A stretch of DNA of 32,236 nucleotides. Source: Octopus bimaculoides (taxonomy: Eukaryota). Below the pieces are notes generated by a model, which was not told where the DNA came from, ran no database searches, and saw nothing but the letters and a program-made list of their open reading frames with translations. Positions 1 through 10,287 of the stretch are shown one piece after another (position 1 is the first letter of the stretch; every line of letters begins with the position of its first letter). Location of the stretch: contig NC_068991.1 in the NCBI RefSeq assembly GCF_001194135.2, positions 21,751,975-21,784,210 on the forward strand, in the 5' to 3' direction. The translations under genes were made by a program, and so were the position numbers.

Positions 1-72
1 GGGGTCGATGTAATCGACTTACCCCTTTCCCTGATCTTGCTGGTTTTATGCCAAAATTTGAAACCATTATTG
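1..72 (+). mobile_element. 3' end of a family C SINE (truncated by window edge)
   Basis: GGGGTCGATGTAATCGACT...TTTATGCCAAAATTTGAAACCATTATT matches the 3' ends of the other family C copies in the window (e.g. 26590-26670). Confidence 0.7.
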
Positions 73-739
73 CTGTGATAATTTCAAAATGAACTACCCT
101 CCAAATTTGGCTTTCCAAATTTTTTTTTTTTTTTCTATTTCATAGTGAAAAGATAGAGACTACCATTCTAGAATGCTACTTTCATCTTCTTCTATCCCCT
201 GCAAAATCTACTTTCTCATCCTTCTCAAACATGCACTGATCTGACAGTTGCCATCTTTAATTACCAAATAGATTACCTTTGATCCAGTTTTTTATTCTTT
301 TTTACTGGTTTAATAAACCTTTAAGGAAAACATCTGTTACCTGTAAAATTGCTACTTTTACAACTCAACTTGATTTTGTGTTTTTTAATAATACGCATGG
401 GGACACATACTCATATAAGTCTCCATGTACCTGCACCTACTTAAGATATACAATATGCATAAAAAGAAAGTAACATACCTCAATTGATGTATTTTCTCAT
501 TATTAATTTCTATATGTAGAAAATACATTTTAAAGCAAAATGGGATTGGATATACAAGGATTATTTTAGAGAGGAGAATTTCAGCATAAAGTACTTGGTG
601 TGAATCCCTCGTCAGCTACTTGATGCTTTGAAACGGTGTGCAAAATGCAGCAAATGCCCAATGGGAGTCAAATACCTTTATAAGTCTGTATCTGCATCCC
701 TATTTAGATTCATGAACAAATACACAAACCAATGTGGAC

Positions 740-1080
740 ATATACATTTACAGTATATAGATATAAATACTGACAATATATACACATACACACCTAGAAT
801 ATATAAACACTTACACCTTCAATGCATAGACTTATACATCAACAGTATATAGACACATACACATCAACAATATATGACCATACACATACAATATATAAAC
901 ATATACACCTATGATATATAGCCACACATATATACAATATATAGACATGCACACCCATAATATATAGCTGTAACGTACAATATATAGAAATATATGCCTA
1001 TAATATATAGCCATATGCACATATGATATATAGACATATACACCTATAAAATATAGACATACACATCTACAATATAATAC
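740..1080. repeat. Degenerate 23-bp minisatellite, about 15 units
   Basis: Units such as ATATACACCTATGATATATAGCC (901-923), ATATATGCCTATAATATATAGCC (990-1012) and ATATACACCTATAAAATATAGAC (1036-1058) recur with period 23; a few units are 20-25 bp. Confidence 0.8.
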
Positions 1081-1109
1081 ATACATACACACATACAGTA
1101 TTATGAAAT

Positions 1110-1420
1110 TAACTCTTGTTGGTGGATTGGCTAATGTGGTAGAGTGTTGGATTAAATTACAGTACATTCCGAGTTCAAATCCTGCCATCATTGATTTTGG
1201 ATTTTATCCTTCTACTGTGGTTAAGAAGTTTGCTTTGCAATCACCTGGTTTCAGATTCAGTCCTACAGCATAGCACTTTATACTATATATATATATATAT
1301 ATATATATCTGTGAAGGCACATGCCTTAGTGGTTAGGGTGTTGCACTCACAATTGTAAGATCGGGGTTTCAGTTCCCTGACCAGGCATTGTGTGGTATTC
1401 TTGAGCAAAACACTTCATTT
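1110..1420 (+). mobile_element. Nested degenerate SINE heads (family C, A and B fragments) around a (TA)n tract
   Basis: GAGTTCAAATCC (C), TGTGGTTAAGAAGTTTGCTT (A) and GTGAAGGCACATGCCTTAGTGGTTAGGGTGTTGCACTC...TTGAGCAAAACACTTCATTTC (B) match fuller copies elsewhere in the window. Confidence 0.55.
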
Positions 1421-1427
1421 CATTATG

Positions 1428-1717
1428 TCACGGGGGACATAAACACAACAACACCAGTTGTCAAGCAGAGGATGGGTAACAAACACACACACACACACAG
1501 AAGCACACATACACACACACATGCATCCATCCATCCATCCATCCATACATACATACATACATACATATGTGATGAGCATTTTTCAGTTTCTGTGTACCAA
1601 ATCCATTACTCACAAAGCTTTGGTTGGCCCAAGGTAATAGTAGAGGACACTTTCTCAAGGTGCCACACAATGGGACTGAACCCAAAAGCATACTTTAGGA
1701 AGTAAACTTCTTACCTC
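1428..1717 (-). mobile_element. Family A SINE fragment with internal CA/CATC/CATA microsatellite
   Basis: Reverse complement of the family A body (CAGTTTCTGTGTACCAAATCCA...CACAAAGCTTTGGTTGGCCC...AGGACACTT...GGTGCCACAC..TGGGACTGAACCC). Confidence 0.7.
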
Positions 1718-2435
1718 CAGCTGCACCTAAATTGAAGCTACTTTGAAATGTAACTATATACATGGACATTAACACACACACACACACACACACACATGCA
1801 TGAGCATGCACACATATATGCATGCACACACATGCATATGTAATTAAAGTTATTGTGCTTGCTTCATTAAATATGTCAGGAACACTTCACTAAATAAATT
1901 AAAACTCTTGATCAGGCTGTAATACTTCCATCATACGGTCAATATGCATTGCTATGGAAATGTCAAAGTTTGCTACACAAAAGTTAACTGAATCAATATT
2001 GATTCGAGGATAACATTCAAAATTCCATTAAATGATAAATAAATGTCTTCATAACATTATTATTGTTGCCATTTATAACTTTATTTATATCACACGCTTA
2101 CTAATGCATACACTGAATAAATATCGTTTTGAAAGATCAGATATTGCGACAATGCATTCTCATTTTAAGCACTTCACCACCCAAAATTTTGGAATATCTT
2201 TCCTGTTGATCTCTTGGTACATAACTGAGAGTCTGTCATTCTGTTATTTCTGTTCCTTTGTTGTAAGAGTTCATCATGTGAGTTCCCATTTTTAAGAGAC
2301 AATCACATCTGTCTGGCATTTTTTGAGACATTATATACTATGTTGTTTCTCTATAGCATTGCAGTTCAGCTTTTCTGGTATTAGTTAGATATGGGAGGTG
2401 AGGGTAATGCAGCTATTTATCTATCTCTATCTCTG

Positions 2436-2465
2436 TGTGTATATATATGTATGTATATGTATATA

Positions 2466-2496
<31 letters not shown>

Positions 2497-2930
2497 NNNN
2501 NNNNNNNNNNNNNNNNNNNNNNNNNNNNNNNNNNNNNNNNNNNNNNNNNNNNNNNNNNNNNNNNNNNNNNNNNNNNNNNNNNNNNNNNNNNNNNNNNNNN
2601 NNNNNNNNNNNNNNNNNNNNNNNNNNNNNNNNNNNNNNNNNNNNNNNNNNNNNNNNNNNNNNNNNNNNNNNNNNNNNNNNNNNNNNNNNNNNNNNNNNNN
2701 NNNNNNNNNNNNNNNNNNNNNNNNNNNNNNNNNNNNNNNNNNNNNNNNNNNNNNNNNNNNNNNNNNNNNNNNNNNNNNNNNNNNNNNNNNNNNNNNNNNN
2801 NNNNNNNNNNNNNNNNNNNNNNNNNNNNNNNNNNNNNNNNNNNNNNNNNNNNNNNNNNNNNNNNNNNNNNNNNTATATGTATGTATGTATATAAATAAAG
2901 AGAGAGAGAGGGGGGACAGACAGACAGACA
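2436..2930. repeat. (TA)n/(GA)n microsatellites flanking assembly gap 2497-2873
   Basis: Seen directly; N run of 377. Confidence 0.95.
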
Positions 2931-2976
2931 CAGACAGACTTTGTATGTGGGACATGTACAGGAACAATAAACATGA

Positions 2977-3452
2977 AGAACACATGGGAAATAGATGTTG
3001 TGGAATGTCCAGGAGCTTCCCTAGAGGGAGTAGATAGCTTCTGTTACTTAGATGACCTAACGAGTGGCAGAGGAGGATACTCTGAAAGTATAGTTTTTAG
3101 AATAGAAACAAGGCAGGAAAAGTTTAGAGAGCTATTACCTCTATTGGCAACAAAAGGTCTTTCTCTCAGAATATAAAGAAGATTGTATGATGCTTGTGTA
3201 CAAACAGCAATGCTACATGGCAGTGAGATGTGGTCCCTGAATGCAGAGGACGTGCAAAGACTAGAAAGGAATGAAGCTAGTATGCCCAACTGGATTTGCA
3301 GTGTTGGTGTCTATGTATGACAAAGTGCAAATGTGTTGAGTGAAAAATTGGGCATAAGAGGAATCAGGTGTAGTGTGCAAAAGAGAAGACTGCACTGGTA
3401 TGGTCATGTCATATGTATAGAAGAGACCAGTTCTATATAGGAGTGCTGATTA
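2977..3452 (+). mobile_element. Decayed RTE-clade LINE, reverse transcriptase C-terminal/thumb fragment
   Basis: Translates through stops as LEGVDSFCYLDD...KFRELLPLLATKGLSLRI*RRLYDACVQTAMLHGSEMW...RRLHWYGHV. This contains the RTE RT motifs F.YLG, LYGSETW and RL.WYGHV and is paralogous to 6651-7055. Confidence 0.9.
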
Positions 3453-3649
3453 CTGAATTACAAATTAATTAGTTTTGTATGTGTATAAGAGTATGCTAAT
3501 AAAAGTATACTTTTCTTATTTAAAATGGTAATGAGTGATCACAGGTGTAAACCAGTAAATAAAATATATGAATGGATGGGCAGAAATAACAGTCAACTTC
3601 TACAGATACATTATAGAAAACATCAGAAACATGATGGACATGCTTTATA

Positions 3650-3667
3650 CATACATACACACATACA

Positions 3668-3698
<31 letters not shown>

Positions 3699-3735
3699 GT
3701 ATGTATGTATCTCCCTCTCTCTATATATATGTTTG

Positions 3736-3767
<32 letters not shown>

Positions 3768-4148
3768 NNNNNNNNNNNNNNNNNNNNNNNNNNNNNNNNN
3801 NNNNNNNNNNNNNNNNNNNNNNNNNNNNNNNNNNNNNNNNNNNNNNNNNNNNNNNNNNNNNNNNNNNNNNNNNNNNNNNNNNNNNNNNNNNNNNNNNNNN
3901 NNNNNNNNNNNNNNNNNNNNNNNNNNNNNNNNNNNNNNNNNNNNNNNNNNNNNNNNNNNNNNNNNNNNNNNNNNNNNNNNNNNNNNNNNNNNNNNNNNNN
4001 NNNNNNNNNNNNNNNNNNNNNNNNNNNNNNNNNNNNNNNNNNNNNNNNNNNNNNNNNNNNNNNNNNNNNNNNNNNNNNNNNNNNNNNNNNNNNNNNNNNN
4101 NNNNNNNNNNNNNNNNNNNNNNNNNNNNNNNNNNNNNNNNNNNNNNNN

Positions 4149-4199
<51 letters not shown>

Positions 4200-4330
4200 C
4201 ACACATGCATACACACACACATATACACACACATATACACACACACATATATATATACACATACACACACACATATATATATATATACACACACACATAT
4301 AGATATATATAGATATATATGTATATGTAT
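3650..4330. repeat. (CATA)n/(TA)n/(CA)n microsatellites flanking assembly gap 3768-4148
   Basis: Seen directly; N run of 381. Confidence 0.95.
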
Positions 4331-4333
4331 ATG

Positions 4334-5680
4334 TTAGCATTCTGTAATAGCAAAAATCTAGCACAAATTATAGCTGCACACAATGGTTGTAAATTTAAAA
4401 GTTTCCCAAGAAGTACTGGCAATAATAGTAACCAGAATTATAATTATAGTTCAATAAATAGCAACAATGTCAGCATGAGCGGACAAACCATGGGTGACAC
4501 AGCCGGGTATCAGGATAGGAACCAATGGAGTTGAAGAGACCTGAGGGAGCTCTACAGTTGGCCTGGAAGTAGTAGATTTGAATCCTAGAGGGAAAAGTAC
4601 TCAGAGTGTTGTCTCTGTGGAGTGGAATAATAGCTTAGAAGATAGACAGGAGAATATACAAACCACATCTAGAGTAGGTGAAATGGATGATAGTGATGGA
4701 AGTACTAGAAATATTAGTTGTGATTGTGCAAGGTACAAGATTTGTCCACTTGGCTCTGATTGTAAACATAAAAATATTGTATACAGATGTAAGATTACCT
4801 TAGAGAGTAGAGAATATTTCTATGTAGGAACTAGCTCATGTTATATTAAGCAGAGAATTGCCAATCATTTAAGTTCGTTTACAAAATAGGGACAAAGTGA
4901 ATACTACAAGCCTTAGTAAGTTAATTTGGGCACTTAAAGATAGAAACAAAGTATTTTCAATTGCTTGGGTAATTATGAGTAAACAAAATCTTACGGAATA
5001 GGTGATAATAGACACGACTTTTGTGTGGAGGAAATGTACCAAATTTTCTTTTCTAAATATACTATTATAAACACTAGACAGGAGCAGGCTATGAGATGTC
5101 CACATTGGATTAGATATGCATTTAAATGATTTAAAGAAACATAAATTAGCATCTATAGTAATTATACTAGTTAACATAGTGATTGTGATAATGATATTTT
5201 TGCAAATAATACTAAAATAATTTTAGTAATGATAACAATAATAATATTAATTGAAGGTATAAAGCCAAACGTAAGCGAATTATCTCTGAATAAATAATGT
5301 ACTCCATACAGTTAAATGTAAACAAAATTGCTACAATTGATTGTAATATGAATAAGCATTTTATAAACCATAATTCAACTGTAATACCAGGAGAGGTGAT
5401 TATAAGACCAGGATTCAATTTGATTTAAAATGTAACGCTATAACCTTCAACTAAATACCAACACAGGAAGCTTGTTTGAATTAGTTCACTTTGAAAATGT
5501 CATAAGTGATGGACCCTTGATGAAATTACAGTGACTAGGATGCATAATTGCATACGGAGTAATGTGTAGTTGCTGTAATTGATACATGCTGGTCGTTGTT
5601 ATATATGCTGTAGAAAACTTTTTTAATAAAAAGTTTTGGATGTGAATAAATCTCCACTCTCCTCTTCGCTTTCAATTATA
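4334..5680 (+). mobile_element. Penelope-like retroelement (PLE), 5'-truncated: RT-EN linker, GIY-YIG endonuclease and 3' pLTR-like region
   Basis: LAFCNSKNLAQIIAAHN (PLE linker, cf. LSYSCMPN..SIISSHN), then CDCARYKICPLGSDCKHKNIVYRCKI...YVGTS...KQRIANHLSSF. After frameshifts it continues TTSLSKLIWALKDRN..FSIAWVI and FCVEEMYQIFF..IINTRQEQAMRCPH, the typical C-terminal GIY-YIG layout of Penelope-type elements. Frameshifts and stops make this copy dead. Confidence 0.9.
5512..5594 (+). ncRNA. Degenerate minimal type I hammerhead ribozyme in the PLE 3' region
   Basis: GACC | CTTGATGA | AATTACAGTGACTA ... TAGTTGCTGTAATT | GATA | CATG | CT | GGTC. Helix I is GACC/GGTC, helix II is 14 bp including two G-U pairs, and helix III is the palindromic CATG. 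Three core lesions relative to CUGAUGA/GAAA/UH. Confidence 0.55.
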
Positions 5681-5684
5681 TATA

Positions 5685-5745
5685 GGCGCAGGAGAGGCTG
5701 TGTGGTAAGTAGCCTGCTTACCAGCCACATGGTTCTGGGTTCAGT
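5685..5745 (+). mobile_element. Family A SINE 5' tRNA-like head only
   Basis: GGCGCAGGAGAGGCTGTGTGGTAAGTAGCCTGCTTACCAGCCACATGGTTCTGGGTTCAGT matches the heads at 11672 and 14257 (A box/B box-like) and then stops abruptly. Confidence 0.8.
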
Positions 5746-6466
5746 GCAAGAGAGAGACGACTGTGCTGGTATGGTCATGTGTTGCGTATGGATGAGGACA
5801 GCTGTGTGAAAATATGTCACACCCTAACAGTAGAGGGAACTTGTGGAAGAGGTAGACCCAGGAAGACCTGGGATGGGATGGTGAAGCATGACCTTTGAAC
5901 ATTGGGCCTCATGGAGGCAATGACAAGTGACTGAGACCTTCGGAGATATGCTGTGCTTGAGAAGACCCGGCAAGCCAGGTGAGACCGTAACCGTGGCCTA
6001 TGCCAGTGCAGTATAACTGGCCCATTTAAGAGTACCCTCAATCATTGGGCTATAAACTGTGCTTGCGAAGACCTGTTGAGTCAAGTGAAGTCATTGTCAT
6101 AGCTGATGCCGGTATTGCCTGACTAGCACCCATGCCGGTGGCACGTAAAAAGCACCATTTTAAGCGTGGTCAATGCCAGGGCCTCCTGACTGGTCCCGTG
6201 CCAGTGGAACGTAAAAAGCACTATTCAAGCATGGTCGATGCCAGTATCACCTGACTGGCCCTCATGCTGGTGGCACGTAAAAAGCACCCACTACACTCTC
6301 GGACTGGTTGGCGTTAGGAAGGGCATCCAGCTGTAGAAATTTTGCCAGATCAGGTTGGAGCCTGGTGTAGCCTTCTGGCTTGCCAGCCTTCAGTCAAACC
6401 ATCCAACCTATGCCAGCATGGAAGGTGGTTGTTAAACAATGATGAGGATGATGATGTATACGGTGA
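5744..6466 (+). mobile_element. RTE LINE 3' end: RT C-terminus, 3' UTR with three tandem ~66-bp units, (GAT)n tail
   Basis: RRLCWYGHVLRMDEDSCVKICHTLTVEGTCGRGRPRKTWDG.VKHDL. The UTR units contain TGCCGGTGGCACGTAAAAAGCACC and start at 6105, 6172 and 6237. It ends GGCGTTAGGAAGGGCATCCAGCTGTAGAA...TTAAACAATGATGAGGATGATGAT. Confidence 0.9.
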
Positions 6467-6650
6467 TAATGACAATGATAATTTGTATGTGTATATTCAA
6501 TATATACATACTATATGTACTTGTGTATATGTTTTACTCATGTGTCATACATTTTGCATGAAAAAGTTGATACAAAATTTATCATAGCAATCTACAGAGA
6601 AAATCAGATTACAAGGAAAGAGAGCTTTTCTCATTATATTACTGGTCTAC

Positions 6651-7862
6651 GTACCCGGTGCAAGCTATGGACACATAAGAGGTGCAGCAACATCAAAGGC
6701 AGGTTAACTAGCAAGTTAGTTTTTGTTTGTGGCAGATGTTCAGGTGCAATAAAGACTGTAAACAAACAGGAAACAACCTCTATCTCATTCCAGGGTGAAA
6801 AACTAGAGGTAGTCGATAGCTTCCGCTATCTGGGCGACCAAGTTAGTAGTGGGGGTGGGTGCGCTGAAAGTGTAGCTGCTAGAATAAGAATAGCCTGGGC
6901 AAAGTTTAGAGAGCTCTTACCCCTGCTGGCGACAAAGGGACTCTCACTCAGAGTAAAAGGCAGACTGTATGACGCATGCGTACGAACAGCCATGCTACAT
7001 GGCAGTGAAACATGGGCTGTAACTGCTGAGGACATACGTAAGCTCGCAAGGAATGNNNNNNNNNNNNNNNNNNNNNNNNNNNNNNNNNNNNNNNNNNNNN
7101 NNNNNNNNNNNNNNNNNNNNNNNNNNNNNNNNNNNNNNNNNNNNNNNNNNNNNNNNNNNNNNNNNNNNNNNNNNNNNNNNNNNNNNNNNNNNNNNNNNNN
7201 NNNNNNNNNNNNNNNNNNNNNNNNNNNNNNNNNNNNNNNNNNNNNNNNNNNNNNNNNNNNNNNNNNNNNNNNNNNNNNNNNNNNNNNNNNNNNNNNNNNN
7301 NNNNNNNNNNNNNNNNNNNNNNNNNNNNNNNNNNNNNNNNNNNNNNNNNNNNNNNNNNNNNNNNNNNNNNNNNNNNNNNNNNNNNNNNNNNNNNNNNNNN
7401 NNNNNNNNNNNNNNNNNNNNNNNNNNNNNNNNNNNNNNNNNNNNNNNNNNNNNNNNNNNNNNNNNNNNNNNNNNNNNNNNNNNNNNNNNNNNNNNNNNNN
7501 NNNNNNNNNNNNNNNNNNNNNNNNNNNNNNNNNNNNNNNNNNNNNNNNNNNNNNNNNNNNNNNNNNNNNNNNNNNNNNNNNNNNNNNNNNNNNNNNNNNN
7601 NNNNNNNNNNNNNNNNNNNNNNNNNNNNNNGGCACATAAAAGACACCATTTCGAGCGTGGCCGTTTTCGTGCGGGTGACACGTAAAAGCACCCACTACAC
7701 TCTCTGAGTGGTTGGCGTTAGGAAGGGCATCCAGCTGTAGAAACTCTGCCAAATTAGATTGGAGCCTGGTGTTGCCATCCGGTTTCACCAGTCCTCAGTC
7801 AAATCGTCCAACCCATGCTAGCATGGAAAGCGGACGTTAAACGATGATGATGATGATGATGA
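6651..7862 (+). mobile_element. Younger RTE LINE copy (RT with Cys/His insertion) spanning gap 7056-7630, intact 3' tail
   Basis: Open frame TRCKLWTHKRCSNIKGRLTSKLVFVCGRCSG...LEVVDSFRYLGDQVSSGGG...KFRELLPLL...GRLYDACVRTAMLHGSETWA. The same 3' UTR and (GAT)n tail as 5744-6466 follow the gap. Confidence 0.9.
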
Positions 7863-8037
7863 AACATAATGACAAAATAGCTGCTACATATATATGTATG
7901 TTATAAAAATATACTGCAATATCAAAGCAGACTGTAAAAGAAATTAAACAAAAGAAGCCAGTAAAGTATGTTTAAGGTTATTCCCAATTATGAAATTATC
8001 AACCAGTAATAAAAGATTATTACTTAAAGTTTTGCAA

Positions 8038-8382
8038 ATCATCATCATCATCATTGTTGTCTTCGTTGTCACCATTGTCGTCCTTGTCACCATGGTGGTG
8101 GTGGTGGTGATTGTTGTCATCGGCATTGTCATCGTCATTATCATCATCACCACCGTCATCACTGGTTTCATCATCATCATAATCATCAACAACACCACCA
8201 TCATCACCATTTACTGTTCATTTTCCATGCTGGCTTGGGTTGGACAATTTGATAGGAGCTGGCAAGCCAGAAAACTGTGCTAAGGTCTATTGTCTGCTCT
8301 GGCATGGTTTCTGCAGCTGGATGCCCTTCCCAACACCAATCACTTCAAAGAGCATACAGAGTAATTTTTACATGGCACCAGC
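8038..8382 (-). mobile_element. RTE-type 3' tail element with long degenerate (CAT/CAC/CGT)n tail
   Basis: TTTTCCATGCTGGCTTGGGTTGGAC...CAGCTGGATGCCCTTCCCAACACCAATCAC is the reverse complement of the RTE 3' UTR; trinucleotide array at 8038-8210. Confidence 0.7.
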
Positions 8383-8474
8383 TATCAAATTCAGATTCTA
8401 TATAATCATTGGTGCCAAAAATGATCTGCCATTCCTTGCTGTGTCGACTTTTCCTCTGCATCTCATTATATATC

Positions 8475-8806
8475 TTTCTAATTTTGGCACAAAGCCAGAA
8501 ATTTTGAGGAGGGGGAGAGGCAAGTTGACTGCATAAATCCCAGTCCTCAAATTTTATTAACATCAGAAGGATGAAAGCTGAGTCAACTTTGGCAGAACTT
8601 AAGTTCAAAGCTGACAGAACCAGAGCAAATGCTGCTAAGTATTTTGTCCAACATGGTAAATAACTCTGCCAGCTTGCTGCCTCTGCATCCCATAATATTG
8701 GTTTCAAATTTTGGCACAAGGCCAGTAATTTCGTGGGAAAGGGTTAGTCAATTACATTGACCCCAGTACTCAGTTGGTACTTATTTTATTGACCCTGAAA
8801 AGATAA
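8475..8806 (-). mobile_element. Two tandem family C SINE copies
   Basis: TTTTGGCACAAAGCCAG..ATTTT.. and GGTACTTATTTTATTGACCCTGAAAAGATAAAA occur in reverse orientation of the family C consensus. Confidence 0.75.
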
Positions 8807-9136
8807 AAACAAGGAGAATACTTTGGCTGGATACGGCTGGTTTAAATGCTGAAGGGTTAAATCTCATCACTGATTTTAGATTTGTTCCATCTGTACCATC
8901 AGGTACTTGAAAATACTACAGCAAAATGTATTCTTTCAAGTCCATTGTATTTACATAAATAGTTTTTCCTTCCTTTGATATCAGCTGTTCAATATCCAAG
9001 GTGATTATAAAAAAAAAACATAGGAGTTTCATCTATATTTCCTATATGTTCAAGTCAAAGATCATACTGTTTTTTGCTTTGCTTCAAAATAAAACTGTGA
9101 AATGAAATGTATCTTATTTTTCTATGTTACATCCTG

Positions 9137-9267
9137 CTAAGGTCAACTTTGCTTTTCATCCTTTTAGAGTTGGTAAAATAAATACCAGTTGAGTGCCGGG
9201 TCGATGTACTTGGTTTGTCTCTCCACCTCAAAATTGGTGGCCTTGCACCAAATTTAGAAAGAATATT
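9137..9267 (+). mobile_element. Family C SINE, 3' part
   Basis: AAGGTCAACTTTGCTTTTCATCCTTTTAGAGTTGGTAAAATAAATACCAGTTGAGTGCCGGGTCGATGTA. Confidence 0.7.
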
Positions 9268-9363
9268 TTAACTCACATCATAGTTTCTGGCATATTTTGG
9301 TTTATTGTCAAAGACTAAGCCCATGTCTCACCAAAAAAACCCCCAAAAAACCCCAAAAAAACA

Positions 9364-9592
9364 ATGGATCCATTCATTAGAAGCTTTAAATAATGGATTA
9401 AGAGACATCTTGGCAGTCTTTGATCTTATTTGCTCAATGTAACCCTCACTCCTCCGGTCAGTAACCCCGTTTAACAGTTTCTTTTCCATTTCTGGATATA
9501 GAGCCAGCTTCCGTTGACATGCCATCTTTGTCTTTGGCATTTCTAATAAAGGTTTGCTTTGCTTTCTCTGATGTCTCATAAAATTCTCTGTT

Positions 9593-9627
<35 letters not shown>

Positions 9628-9705
9628 GGCAGCTCTGTTACCATTAGCTTCTGCAAATTCCACAACTTTTTGAAAGCAGCAAATACAACACAATTGTTTT
9701 CTCTT
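9364..9705 (-). mobile_element. Decayed pogo-like (Tc1/mariner superfamily) transposase N-terminus: Brinker-type HTH plus CENP-B/Tc5-type HTH
   Basis: KVVEFAEANGNRAA(ER)nEFLVTE...RKQ...LLEMPKTKMA...ALYPEMEKKLLNGVTDRRSEGY...QIRSK...FKASNEWI resembles POGK-type Y.AAFKLKVVEFAE..GNRAA.REF and WPELE..L..WV..R..G...FKAS.GW. Small deletions disturb the AAFK motif; no DDE domain is seen. Confidence 0.85.
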
Positions 9706-10084
9706 TACACTAGTAATTGCCGTTATTACAACATTTGACATGGAATAAAATGTCACACTTTTGAACCGTTCACTTTGGCAATTTATAGCCTTTTTGTGGG
9801 TGTGGCATCAAACATTTATGGCCTTTTTTTTTTCTGGTGATGTGAGAAGAAAAAATATAATTTTGTCTAAAAATAAAATGCAACCTTATTTTTCATTTTG
9901 TCAGCCCCTGTAAGAAGCTAATAGAAAAAAAAAATCTGTAACAAATTTTCTGCAAGTAAGTATTTTTGATTAAAATATCTATTTCAAGTCACAAAATGCA
10001 TTTTTACAGAGTGAGTTGCAAACATATGTTTACTTGGCTCCACAGTAATTAGAGATAATAATGATTTATTTTATGATTTCTTCT

Positions 10085-10287
10085 AATAGTAATAATCTTT
10101 TCTACCAAAGGCACAAGTCCTGGAATTTTTGGGGAGGGAGATTGTTATCTATTTCAGCTGATACTTATTCTATCAACCCCAAAAGGATAAAAGGCAAAGT
10201 TGATCTCTGTGGAATTTGAACTCTGAATGTGAAGATAGATGAAATACTGCTAAGCATTTTGTCTGGAGTGCTAAAATTTCTGTCAGC

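Noticed and set aside
431-509. Minus-strand mini-exon chain (479-509, 6-nt 431-436, 320-341)
   Set aside because: One intron would be only 42 nt and the joined frame hits a stop; such signals are expected by chance in AT-rich DNA.
2391-4422. Long ORFs (166-270 aa) in the track
   Set aside because: They are made of microsatellite translations (YI, CV, HT) and X residues from N gaps, so they are artefacts.
6515-7788. 374-aa and 320-aa ORFs as host genes
   Set aside because: Only 6651-7055 is real coding sequence (RTE RT); the rest is flank, gap or antisense.
8812-8860. Possible piggyBac-like terminus (...GCTGAAGGG|TTAA)
   Set aside because: Only one end is visible and no partner TIR was found nearby.
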